Made by a program: the position numbers and the translations under genes. The notes beneath the pieces are model-generated. The model had not been told where the DNA came from, did not search any database, and worked only from the letters and a program-made list of their open reading frames with translations. Below are positions 39,697 to 47,582 of a stretch of DNA of 64,000 nt, piece by piece. The number at the start of each line of letters is the position of its first letter. The first letter of the stretch is position 1. This stretch comes from an uncultured delta proteobacterium (lineage in GTDB: Bacteria > Desulfobacterota > WTBG01), in assembly GCA_963793865.1 (NCBI GenBank), contig CAWCBP010000008.1, forward strand, positions 608,001 through 672,000, written 5' to 3'.

Positions 39697-39899
39697 TTCG
39701 GCAGGCGCACCACCCGGAGAAACTAAAGAGTGGCGCGGAAAAAATTGCTTCAAGTTCAGCCGTTAACATTGTCCACATGTAGGGGCGACCGGCCGGTCGC
39801 CCCTACTTATTCTTGCAGTAATCATTGGGACTTGTCAACGCGATACTCCTGCGGTACTATACAGGTATCCTGAACAATTCAAGGAAGGAGGTAGGAGCC

Positions 39900-40291
39900 G
39901 TGAAGAAAAATAAAGGGAACATAGCAGTTGCCGCAATTTTTCGCTCATGCTCTTTTTTGCTGTCGGTTTCTGTGGCATTGCCCTCGCGCAGGAAAAGACT
40001 GATAAGGAAGTTTGCCCCAAACCCTACATAAAGCTCATCAAGCCCAATCTCGCCAGGGCCGGCCAGCAGGTAATCATCAGGGGGCACCGCTTCGGGGACA
40101 AGGAGAAGGCCGGAGAGGTAATTTTCTCTCCCGGCATAGGAGGTAACATCATTTCCTGGACAAACAGCAGGATCACGGTGGAAGTTCCGGCAGGAGCGAA
40201 AACCGGTGCGTTGGTGGTGCAAACCAAATGCGCGGAGAGCAACGCGGAGATATTAAAGATCGAGGCGGAAGCAGTCGGGGAGAAAAAGTAA
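39900..40291 (+). CDS. Secreted IPT/TIG-domain protein, apparent one-base loss in T-run 39937-39941
   Basis: AGGAG plus GTG 39900 gives MKKNKGNIAVAAIF, continuing after the indel as SLMLFFAVG..ALA/QEK; P.I....P.....G..V.I.G..FG...SWT...I.V.VP..A.TG is the IPT/TIG pattern. Confidence 0.75.
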
Positions 40292-40299
40292 CGACGGGG

Positions 40300-40608
40300 T
40301 TAGCTTTTGGGCGAATCATCCAAAAGGAATTCTTGTATCATCTTGTCAGCGATCTCCCGGGCTTGTACACTATATTCCCCGGAGGCAATCATCTTTTTAA
40401 TGAGGGCAACCTTCTCTTCCCGAATGTCGGGAGCTTTTTCAACTGCCTCCCGGATCTTGCGCAGATCATAGGTTAACTGCGCATGTTTCATGCTGTCATG
40501 CACCGCGGCATCAGGGCCTTCCTCTTTTTTGCCCTCAGACCTTCCCGGCAACTCGATGATCTTTCCGACTTCACCGTTCCGGCATGGCCGATCGCCCGAA
40601 TTCTGCAT
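40300..40608 (-). CDS. flgM: Anti-sigma-28 factor FlgM-like
   Basis: C-terminal PDIREEKV..IK..I.SGEY.V....IADKM. Confidence 0.8.
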   Translation of the reverse strand: MQNSGDRPCRNGEVGKIIELPGRSEGKKEEGPDAAVHDSMKHAQLTYDLRKIREAVEKAPDIREEKVALIKKMIASGEYSVQAREIADKMIQEFLLDDSPKS

Positions 40609-40714
40609 AAGCAATACACCGTATGATTTATGCTGGCACTGTTATTTATAGCAGATTTCCCAAAAAAATCAATCTGGAATTCTGCCGGCATCTCACCACA
40701 TAACAGAGCGACAC

Positions 40715-41818
40715 TCAATTTCTTCCCTTGCCGTCCTGCACATTGAAAAGGAAGTTGAGAATATCGCCGTCCTGTACCTGGTAGTCCTTCCCTTTCAGTG
40801 ACAGCCGGCCCGCTTCTTTGACCTTCTGCTCACTCCCGCAGGCAATCAGGTCATCATAATGCATGTGCTCCGCGCGGATGAAACCGCGCTCGATGTCGGA
40901 ATGAATGGCGCCTCCGGCCTGTGGGGCAAAGGCGTTGCTGGGAATGGTCCACGCCCGCACCTCGTCTTCCCCCACGGTAAAGAAGGAAATGCGGTCAAGC
41001 GCTTCATAGCTCAGCCGGGTAATTTTTTCCAGGGCCGAGCGGGTGATGCCCAGCTCGCTGCAAAATGTTTTCCGCTCTTCGTCGTTCTCAATGGCCGCCA
41101 GATCCTCTTCAATTTTCAGGGAAACCTGCACGCAGTGTGTCCCGTCATCGCTGCAGGCGGCTTCAATCTGCCGCAGGAGTATGTCGGAGGCAAGGTCGTT
41201 TTCATGCACGTTGAGCGCCACAATCATGTTCTTTCGGGTGAGCAGGGGATAGGCATTCAGCACCTTCTTATCCTCATCATCAAGCGCCATCAGCCGCAGC
41301 GGTTTTTCGCCGCTTAAGTGTTCCACCACCGATCGCATGAGCTGAAGTTCCTTTTCCCGGGCCGGCTCGTTTTTCCGCTTGAGCTCCTTTTCCAGCCGCT
41401 CAATCCGCCCCTCGCTGAAAATCAGGTCGGCAAGCAGCAGTTCTGAATGGACGTAGCGTATATCGCGGAGGGGATCCACCGTCCCGTCTACGTGAAAAAC
41501 CGTTTCATCATCAAATGCGCGGACCACATGGCAGATGGCGTCAACGGTACTGATGGCTTTCAGCGCTTCACGGTTCTCCTGGGAATTTTTAGACAGCCCG
41601 GGCAGCAGCAGATACTTTATGAGTGCCGGAGTCACCGCCCTGGGATTGTACTTGGCCGCAAGCTGATAAAGCCGTTCATCGTGGACTTTGGAAAGACCGA
41701 TATTCGGTTTTTTCGCGGCATGATGGCCACTCTGCTCATCCGCTGATATGCTGTCGGTGAGCAGTTTAAATAATGTTTTTTTGCCGGTTTGCGGTAATCC
41801 TATAATACCGATTTCCAT
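40715..41818 (-). CDS. ychF: YchF/Obg-like ATPase paralogue with non-canonical G1/G3
   Basis: HVVRAF, ELLLADL, NVHE, SFFTVG.DEVRAW, AG.IHSD.ERGFIRAE, GKDY.VQDGD (TGS domain). Confidence 0.88.
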   Translation of the reverse strand: MEIGIIGLPQTGKKTLFKLLTDSISADEQSGHHAAKKPNIGLSKVHDERLYQLAAKYNPRAVTPALIKYLLLPGLSKNSQENREALKAISTVDAICHVVRAFDDETVFHVDGTVDPLRDIRYVHSELLLADLIFSEGRIERLEKELKRKNEPAREKELQLMRSVVEHLSGEKPLRLMALDDEDKKVLNAYPLLTRKNMIVALNVHENDLASDILLRQIEAACSDDGTHCVQVSLKIEEDLAAIENDEERKTFCSELGITRSALEKITRLSYEALDRISFFTVGEDEVRAWTIPSNAFAPQAGGAIHSDIERGFIRAEHMHYDDLIACGSEQKVKEAGRLSLKGKDYQVQDGDILNFLFNVQDGKGRN

Positions 41819-41911
41819 ACCCTTCTGCTCCTGCTTTAAACTAATCCTTTATCAAAATGTAGGGGCGACCGGCCGGTCGCCGCTACGGTAAAATATCCTG
41901 CTTTGTTGCAT

Positions 41912-41956
41912 AAAAAAAAGAAGGCTAAAGTCCCACTACACTCGACTTTAACCTCC
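41912..41956 (-). terminator. Intrinsic terminator upstream of ychF
   Basis: RNA GGAGGUUAAAGUC-11 nt-GACUUUAGCCUUC-U8; 13-bp stem whose two G-U pairs form only on the - strand. Confidence 0.8.
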
Positions 41957-42040
41957 CGCTTCCGTGCTGCTTGATGGCAAGAACTGAACTGGCGGTGCCG
42001 AACTGCAGTCGCAAATGAAAAACCACTAATAAATTGATGC
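41912..42040 (-). ncRNA. Candidate ~130-nt sRNA or attenuated leader
   Basis: - strand TTGACA(42072-42067)-17 bp-TAGTAA with a TG extension upstream, strong terminator downstream; no known family recognised. Confidence 0.45.
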
Positions 42041-42079
42041 ATATTACTACCATAGTTGAAGCGTTATGTCAAGCCCGGC

Positions 42080-42198
42080 GGCAAGAGGGGGACGCCCTTA
42101 AAATTCTAAGTTTCCAAAGTTATACTGAAACAGCCGATCTCTTGTGCTCAGGCAAAGGGGGGACGCTCTTAATAAAATAAATTTCCAAGGTAGTACGG
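42080..42198 (+). repeat. Tandem ~45-bp imperfect direct repeat (GGGGGACG core), period ~71 bp
   Basis: GGCAAGAGGGGGACGCCCTTAAAATTCTAAGTTTCCAAAGT vs GGCAAAGGGGGGACGCTCTTAATAAAATAAATTTCCAAGGT. Confidence 0.65.
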
Positions 42199-42397
42199 TA
42201 TGTCAGGAACTTGGATCTCTATTGTTGTCACCCTGAACGAAGTGAAGGGTCTCATATACTTGAAAAGAAGAGATTCTTCGCGGTGATCAGAATGACAGAC
42301 TCGGCTAGCATAAATGAAGACATTGGTGCAGAGATTGTTCGTTTGGTAAGGGCGTATTGCAATACGCCCCTACGTTCCCTCTGCCATTATATTTGTC

Positions 42398-42441
42398 TTG
42401 CTCTAATCTTTAAACTGAATTAGAATCTTACCGGTAAGATT
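42398..42441 (+). promoter_or_regulatory. Promoter with overlapping 18-bp perfect palindrome (likely AbrB operator)
   Basis: TTGCTC-17 bp-TAGAAT; AATCTTACCGGTAAGATT at 42424-42441 overlaps the -10. Confidence 0.7.
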
Positions 42442-42467
42442 AACCAGCAATGGAAGGAGAATAGTCC

Positions 42468-42731
42468 ATGGCCCAGTTAGCAACAACAAAAATGTCATCA
42501 AAAGGACAGGTTGTTATACCAGAGGAAATCAGGAAGAGGCTTAAACTAAAAACGGGTGCTCAGTTCGTTGTCTTAGGCGATAAAGATGTGGTGATTTTAA
42601 AGTCCATCGCCCCACCCTCAATGGCTGATTTCGGAAATCTTATCCAAAAGGCACGAAGCCAGGGAAAGAAAGCAGGCATAAAGCGCTCGGACATAGCAGC
42701 GGCGGTTTCTAAGGCTCGAGGCGAAAAGTGA
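42468..42731 (+). CDS. AbrB/MazE/SpoVT-family antitoxin
   Basis: TKMSSKGQVVIPEEIRKRL.LK.G; AAGGAG RBS. Confidence 0.92.
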   Translation: MAQLATTKMSSKGQVVIPEEIRKRLKLKTGAQFVVLGDKDVVILKSIAPPSMADFGNLIQKARSQGKKAGIKRSDIAAAVSKARGEK

Positions 42732-42745
42732 GAGTCGTTGCTTAA
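42728..42745 (+). pseudogene. Possible 5' remnant of a PIN (VapC-like) toxin
   Basis: GTGA overlap with the AbrB stop then GTG AGA GTC GTT GCT TAA = MRVVA*, like the MRVVxDTN start of PIN toxins; only 5 codons. Confidence 0.4.
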
Positions 42746-42761
42746 TATGGAGTAAGTTTTA

Positions 42762-43139
42762 GTGAAGAAAATTCAAGCAACTAGAAGAAATATTTACGTA
42801 TCAGTTATTGGATCCACGATCCTTTTAATAGCTCAATTTATGGGTTTATATAATATTTTATTTAAAATAGTTCATACTAATTATTTGAAGAGTGGCGTGA
42901 TTCTGTTTCTAGGTGGGATAATTGTTTTTAATACAAGGAAGTATTTTGAAGAATCAGCATTGGATTATAAGTGCTTTCAGTTAATAGGATTATCCTCATG
43001 TTTGTCTGGGATGGGATCAATAATATTTTATTTCATAAACATCATTGCAATAACAGTAATATTTTTTGTTGTGTCAATTATTTGCATTTTCATGGCTTTA
43101 CTTACTAGCATTCGTGGTTTAATGGCATACGGGAAATAA
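42762..43139 (+). CDS. Very AT-rich small 4-TM membrane protein
   Basis: 125 aa with four hydrophobic segments; visibly much lower GC than flanking genes. Confidence 0.65.
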   Translation: MKKIQATRRNIYVSVIGSTILLIAQFMGLYNILFKIVHTNYLKSGVILFLGGIIVFNTRKYFEESALDYKCFQLIGLSSCLSGMGSIIFYFINIIAITVIFFVVSIICIFMALLTSIRGLMAYGK

Positions 43140-43339
43140 AGATAGAGATCCAAAGGCATTATATTTAAGGTGTTGACTTAATAAAAAGAAACAAACGTGT
43201 GGCACTTTTTTTGTCTTGTAGGGGCGTAGTGCAATACGCCCCAGTTTTTCTGAAATGCGATTAATTGAATAATAACGGTCGTCCCCTAAGATGCTGAAAA
43301 AACCATTGACATTAGGTATCCCTTCAGATAAATCATAAT

Positions 43340-43510
43340 CCTGCCTGTGACATAGAGCGCCACAAAGGAAAGATGGTGCAAATCCATCACTGCCCCGCAG
43401 CTGTAAGTGGGGACGAAATCTCCCGGAACAAGCCACTGCCGTAGCAGGTGAAGGCGGGAAGGCGGGAGAGAGTAGGATGATCCACGAGTCAGAAAACCTT
43501 ACCAGCAGAG
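43340..43510 (+). promoter_or_regulatory. Cobalamin riboswitch
   Basis: AAAGGAAA-GATGGTGCAAATCCATC-ACTGCCCCGCAGCTGTAA...GCCACTG...GGGAAGG...GAGTCAGAAAACCT (B12 box); upstream of hem/cbi genes; TTGACA at 43306. Confidence 0.92.
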
Positions 43511-43559
43511 GATCATACTTCCGAGGGGAAGATGACTGGTTCAAGGAACCTTTGTTGAC

Positions 43560-43598
43560 AACACCCTTTCCCTCTCTGGAGGAAAGGGTGTTTTTTTT
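43560..43598 (+). terminator. Riboswitch expression-platform terminator
   Basis: AACACCCTTTCC-9 nt-GGAAAGGGTGTT followed by a T-run, before hemA. Confidence 0.85.
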
Positions 43599-43640
43599 CG
43601 CTGTGGATTCCGCTGAAACAGAAGGACCTTTCTCGCACAC

Positions 43641-44678
43641 ATGAAAACCATGACCATGCCTTTACGCCTCTTTGTGCTGGGCGTCAATCACCGGACGGCA
43701 CCGCTTTCAGTTCGGGAACAGCTGTCCTTTACCCCCACAAAGCTTAAAGATGCCCTGGGCCGGCTCAAATGCTGCGAGGATGTTGTGGGCGGTGCGATTC
43801 TCTCCACCTGCAACAGGTCGGAGGTTTATGTTACCAGCCGCTCACCGTTTTTTACCGGCGATTATATCAAACAGTTTATAAGCGATGTGCACCGGATCGA
43901 CGCCGGGGATTTCGCGGGCAGCTTTTACGAGCTTGAGAACAAGGATGTCATCGAGCATCTCTACCGGGTATCGTCCGGGCTCGACTCCCAACTGCTGGGC
44001 GAAAATGAAATTCTGGGACAGGTGAAGCATGCCTATGATGAAGCGCGGTCAGCCCGGGCGAGCGACCCGCTTCTTGAACGGGTTTTTGACGGCGCCATTA
44101 AAATGGGAAGGAAGGTTCGGCGGGAGACCGCCATCAACCGGGGCAGCACTTCTTTAAGCAGCATGGCCATAAAGCTGGCGGAAAAAAGGGCGGACCTGCA
44201 GCGCCAGACCATTCTCCTGGTAGGCGTCAATAAAATCAATGAGCAGATCGCCCAGTATCTCCGCGAGCGCGGGATACGCACGGTGATTGTTGCCAACCGC
44301 ACCTATGATAAAGCCGCAGCCATCGCGCAATACCTGGGAGGCCGGGCGATTCACTTTGATGAGTTCAAGCGCGAGCTGCACCGGGTGGACATCATCGTCA
44401 GCACGACCGCCGCTCCCCATGTTATCCTGAGGAAGGACGAGGTAGAGGCATCGATGAAAAAAAGAAAGCGGCCGCTGCTCATCATTGACATGGCGGTGCC
44501 GCGTGATGTCGAGCCTGATACCGGTGCCCTTGAGAATGTTACCCTTTACAGCCTTGAAGATTTCAACCAGATCATCGAGGAAAACCTTGGCAGGAAACGG
44601 CAGGAGGCTCACAAGGCTGAATATCTGATCAGGCAGGCCCTTGCAAAGATAGACCTCAATGAACTCTCGCGCCAGTAA
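43641..44678 (+). CDS. hemA: Glutamyl-tRNA reductase (short form)
   Basis: G.NHRTAP..VRE, LSTCNRSE, GLDS...GE.EILGQVK, ANRT, D.AVPRD. Confidence 0.9.
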   Translation: MKTMTMPLRLFVLGVNHRTAPLSVREQLSFTPTKLKDALGRLKCCEDVVGGAILSTCNRSEVYVTSRSPFFTGDYIKQFISDVHRIDAGDFAGSFYELENKDVIEHLYRVSSGLDSQLLGENEILGQVKHAYDEARSARASDPLLERVFDGAIKMGRKVRRETAINRGSTSLSSMAIKLAEKRADLQRQTILLVGVNKINEQIAQYLRERGIRTVIVANRTYDKAAAIAQYLGGRAIHFDEFKRELHRVDIIVSTTAAPHVILRKDEVEASMKKRKRPLLIIDMAVPRDVEPDTGALENVTLYSLEDFNQIIEENLGRKRQEAHKAEYLIRQALAKIDLNELSRQ

Positions 44679-45966
44679 TCTTCATTCCCGGCAGCTGTAC
44701 CGGCAGTCGCTTAAGTTCCTGCCCGGCGGGGTGAACAGCCCGGTGCGGGCCTTCCGTGCGGTTGGAGGAAACCCGGTTTTTATCTCCCGGGCAAAAGGCG
44801 CCTATCTCTTCGACGTCGACGGCAACCGCTACCTTGATTATGTCGGTTCCTGGGGGCCGGCCATCGTCGGTCATGCCCATCCCCGGGTGGTAAAAAAAGT
44901 TCGGGAAGCCGCCGCTGAAGGATTAAGCTTCGGTGCGGCCACCGAGAGGGAACTTGTCCTTGCACGCCTTATCCGCAGCGGGTTTCCCGACATGGAAAAG
45001 CTGCGCCTGGTTAATTCAGGTACCGAAGCTGCCATGTCAGCCATCCGGCTCGCGCGTGCCTGTAACGGAAGAACGCGGATTGTCAAATTCGACGGCTGCT
45101 ATCATGGCCATGCGGACAGCTTCCTGGTAAAGGCCGGTTCCGGTTCAATGACCTTCGGTAGTGCCGACAGCGCGGGAGTTCCCCCGGGGGTAGCGCGGGA
45201 TACCATAAGCATCCCCTTTAATGACGGGGAGGCGGTGGAAAGAATTTTCAAAAAAAGCGGAGAGAAGATTGCGGCCCTGATCGTGGAGCCCGTCCCGGCC
45301 AACATGGGGCTGGTGCTTCCGGAACCCGGCTTTCTCCGGCTGCTCCGGGAGGTGACCAGCCACTATGGCTCGCTGCTTGTTTTTGACGAGGTCATCAGCG
45401 GTTTCCGGGTCTGCTTCGGCGGGGCGCAGCACTGGTATGGCGTTACCCCTGATCTTACCTGCCTGGGGAAGATTGTCGGCGGGGGATTGCCCGTCGGTGC
45501 CTACGGCGGCAGGAGGGAGATTATGGATCTCGTTTCTCCCCTGGGACCGGTGTACCAGGCAGGGACGCTCTCGGGCAACCCGCTTGCAACCGCGGCCGGC
45601 ATTGAGACGCTGACCATACTTTCACAATCGCAAGGTGCCTATGAAAAAATCGATGACATCACCGCGACACTCTGCAAAGGCATGGGAGAAATAATCAGCA
45701 GGCGCGGCGTATCTGCCCGGGTCAATCGCCTGGGTTCTCTTTTCACCCTCTTTTTTTCGGGGAAGCAGGTCAAGGATTACCGGCAGGCGCGGTGTTGTGA
45801 TCTCAAGGCCTTCGCCCGCTATTTCCATGGTATGCTAAAGGGCGGCATCTATGTTCCCCCATCGCAGTTCGAGACCAATTTCGTGTCCATGGCGCACGCC
45901 CGGAAAGACATCGAAAAGACCCTTGATGTAATGGATCGGGTGTTGCGTTCAATTCGAAAAAAGTAG
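44659..45966 (+). CDS. hemL: Glutamate-1-semialdehyde 2,1-aminomutase
   Basis: PGGVNSPVRAF, NSGTEA, GCYHGH, FDEVISGFR, GKIVGGG.P, YQAGTLSGNP, PSQFE. Confidence 0.96.
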   Translation: MNSRASNLHSRQLYRQSLKFLPGGVNSPVRAFRAVGGNPVFISRAKGAYLFDVDGNRYLDYVGSWGPAIVGHAHPRVVKKVREAAAEGLSFGAATERELVLARLIRSGFPDMEKLRLVNSGTEAAMSAIRLARACNGRTRIVKFDGCYHGHADSFLVKAGSGSMTFGSADSAGVPPGVARDTISIPFNDGEAVERIFKKSGEKIAALIVEPVPANMGLVLPEPGFLRLLREVTSHYGSLLVFDEVISGFRVCFGGAQHWYGVTPDLTCLGKIVGGGLPVGAYGGRREIMDLVSPLGPVYQAGTLSGNPLATAAGIETLTILSQSQGAYEKIDDITATLCKGMGEIISRRGVSARVNRLGSLFTLFFSGKQVKDYRQARCCDLKAFARYFHGMLKGGIYVPPSQFETNFVSMAHARKDIEKTLDVMDRVLRSIRKK

Positions 45967-46014
45967 AGGGGCGACCGGCCGGTCGCCCCTACAATTGAAT
46001 AAAAAGACTAACTT

Positions 46015-46650
46015 ATGCCGGCGTACTATCCCCTGCATCTCTCTATCGCGGGTAAAAAATGCCTGGTGGTCGGCGGCGGCAGGACCGCGGCGCGTAAGAT
46101 CGCGACCCTGCTTCGCTGCGGCGGCCGGGTGACGGTGGTTTCCCCTGAAACGGTCCCTGCCATCCGCGCGCTCGCACGTCGCGAAAAGATACAGTGGCGT
46201 AAAAGACGGTTCAGGGCATCTGACTGCACGGGCGCATTTCTCATGTTCGCCGCCACCGACAGCGCTGAAACAAACCGCAGCATAGCCCGGCTGGCAAAGG
46301 AAAAATCCATTCCGGTCAACGTGGCGGACAGCCCTGCAGACTGTGATTTCATTGTTCCCGCCCTAGTGGAGCGCGGGCCGCTTACCATTAGCATTGCAAC
46401 CGAAGGCCTTGCTCCGGCTCTGTCCCGAAAGATACGCATGGATCTGGAGCGCTCTTTCGGACCGGAGTATATTCGCTATACCCGGCTCATCGGAGAAGCG
46501 CGAAGCGCGATCGTCAAAAACGCACAATTGACCGGGAAGAAAAAAAGAAAAGCGCTACAATCCCTGCTGTCATTACCCATCAGGGAACGGCTTACCCGGG
46601 GGGAAAAGATCTCCCGGCGCGATGTCCTGAATAAGCTGGGGGTCAACTAA
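46015..46650 (+). CDS. Precorrin-2 dehydrogenase / CysG-N (SirC/Met8-like)
   Basis: YYPL.L, VVGGG..A.RK, AATD, VNVAD.P..CDF..P, T.G..PAL. Confidence 0.9.
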   Translation: MPAYYPLHLSIAGKKCLVVGGGRTAARKIATLLRCGGRVTVVSPETVPAIRALARREKIQWRKRRFRASDCTGAFLMFAATDSAETNRSIARLAKEKSIPVNVADSPADCDFIVPALVERGPLTISIATEGLAPALSRKIRMDLERSFGPEYIRYTRLIGEARSAIVKNAQLTGKKKRKALQSLLSLPIRERLTRGEKISRRDVLNKLGVN

Positions 46651-47582
46651 TGGCCAGTGCACCGTTACGGATCGGCACGCGGGGAAGTCCGCTTGCCCTG
46701 GCGCAGGCCGGTTGGGTTAGGGATCATTTATTAAACTTCGATGAAAAGCGGCAGCTGGAAATCGTGCCCATCAAAACCTCTGGGGACCAGCACCCTTCCC
46801 GACCCCTGTCCCAACTGGGAGGAAAAGAGGCATTTACCCGTGAGATCGAAAAAGCGCTCCTCGCGTGCGAGATCGATCTGGCCGTGCACAGCATGAAGGA
46901 CCTTCCGGTCGTTCTTCCTCCCGGGCTTATGCTTGGAGCCATCACCGTGCGGGAAAACCCGCTTGATGTGTTTATTTCCCGGACCGGCGCGGACCTGGAA
47001 AGCCTTTCCGCCGGCGCCGCTGTCGCGACGGGCAGCCTGCGCAGGCGGGCCCAGCTGCTGCGCTATCGGCAGGATCTCGTCATCCGGGACATCCGCGGCA
47101 ATGTGGACACGCGGCTGAAAAAGCTCCATGACGGTTTTGCCGACGGGCTGGTACTGGCCGCCGCCGCGCTGAAACGTCTTGGCAGGGGTGACAGCATTGT
47201 TCAGTATCTGCATCCCGACATCTGCATTCCCGCTGCAGGGCAGGGCGCGCTCGGTATCGAGATACGAGAGGACAACCTGCCGCTCAAGGAGCTGCTTGCA
47301 ATGCTGCATGATCAGGAATCAGGCCTCACCGTCAGGGCGGAACGGTGCTTTTTGCATGCCCTTGGCGCCGGATGCCATACGCCGGCAGGCGCGTATGCGG
47401 AATTGAGTGGCGGCGAGATGCTGCTCAGAGGGTTTGTCTCTTCTCCGGACGGGAAGGAGATGGTTACCATGAAAATGCTCGGGCGCAGGGACGAGGGTGA
47501 AATTCTCGGAGAACTCCTGGCCCGCAGGGTATTGAAGGGCGGGGGAAGCAGCCTGCTGGCGGAAACGCGGGGGGAGCCATGA
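46650..47582 (+). CDS. hemC: Hydroxymethylbilane synthase
   Basis: IGTRGSPLAL.Q, AVHSMKDLP, TGSLRR..QL, RGNVDTRL.KL, PA.GQGAL, GC..P. Confidence 0.96.
   Translation: MASAPLRIGTRGSPLALAQAGWVRDHLLNFDEKRQLEIVPIKTSGDQHPSRPLSQLGGKEAFTREIEKALLACEIDLAVHSMKDLPVVLPPGLMLGAITVRENPLDVFISRTGADLESLSAGAAVATGSLRRRAQLLRYRQDLVIRDIRGNVDTRLKKLHDGFADGLVLAAAALKRLGRGDSIVQYLHPDICIPAAGQGALGIEIREDNLPLKELLAMLHDQESGLTVRAERCFLHALGAGCHTPAGAYAELSGGEMLLRGFVSSPDGKEMVTMKMLGRRDEGEILGELLARRVLKGGGSSLLAETRGEP

Noticed and set aside
41836..42042. 68-aa leader peptide or ZTP/ykkC/fluoride riboswitch
   Set aside because: The ORF reads through a terminator and a REP and has no RBS; GCGACTG and CACGGAAG faintly recall ZTP, but the P3 pseudoknot (CGCCTGGGC-like) is absent.
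43119..43640. 173-aa - strand ORF
   Set aside because: Antisense to the cobalamin riboswitch and terminator; no protein features.
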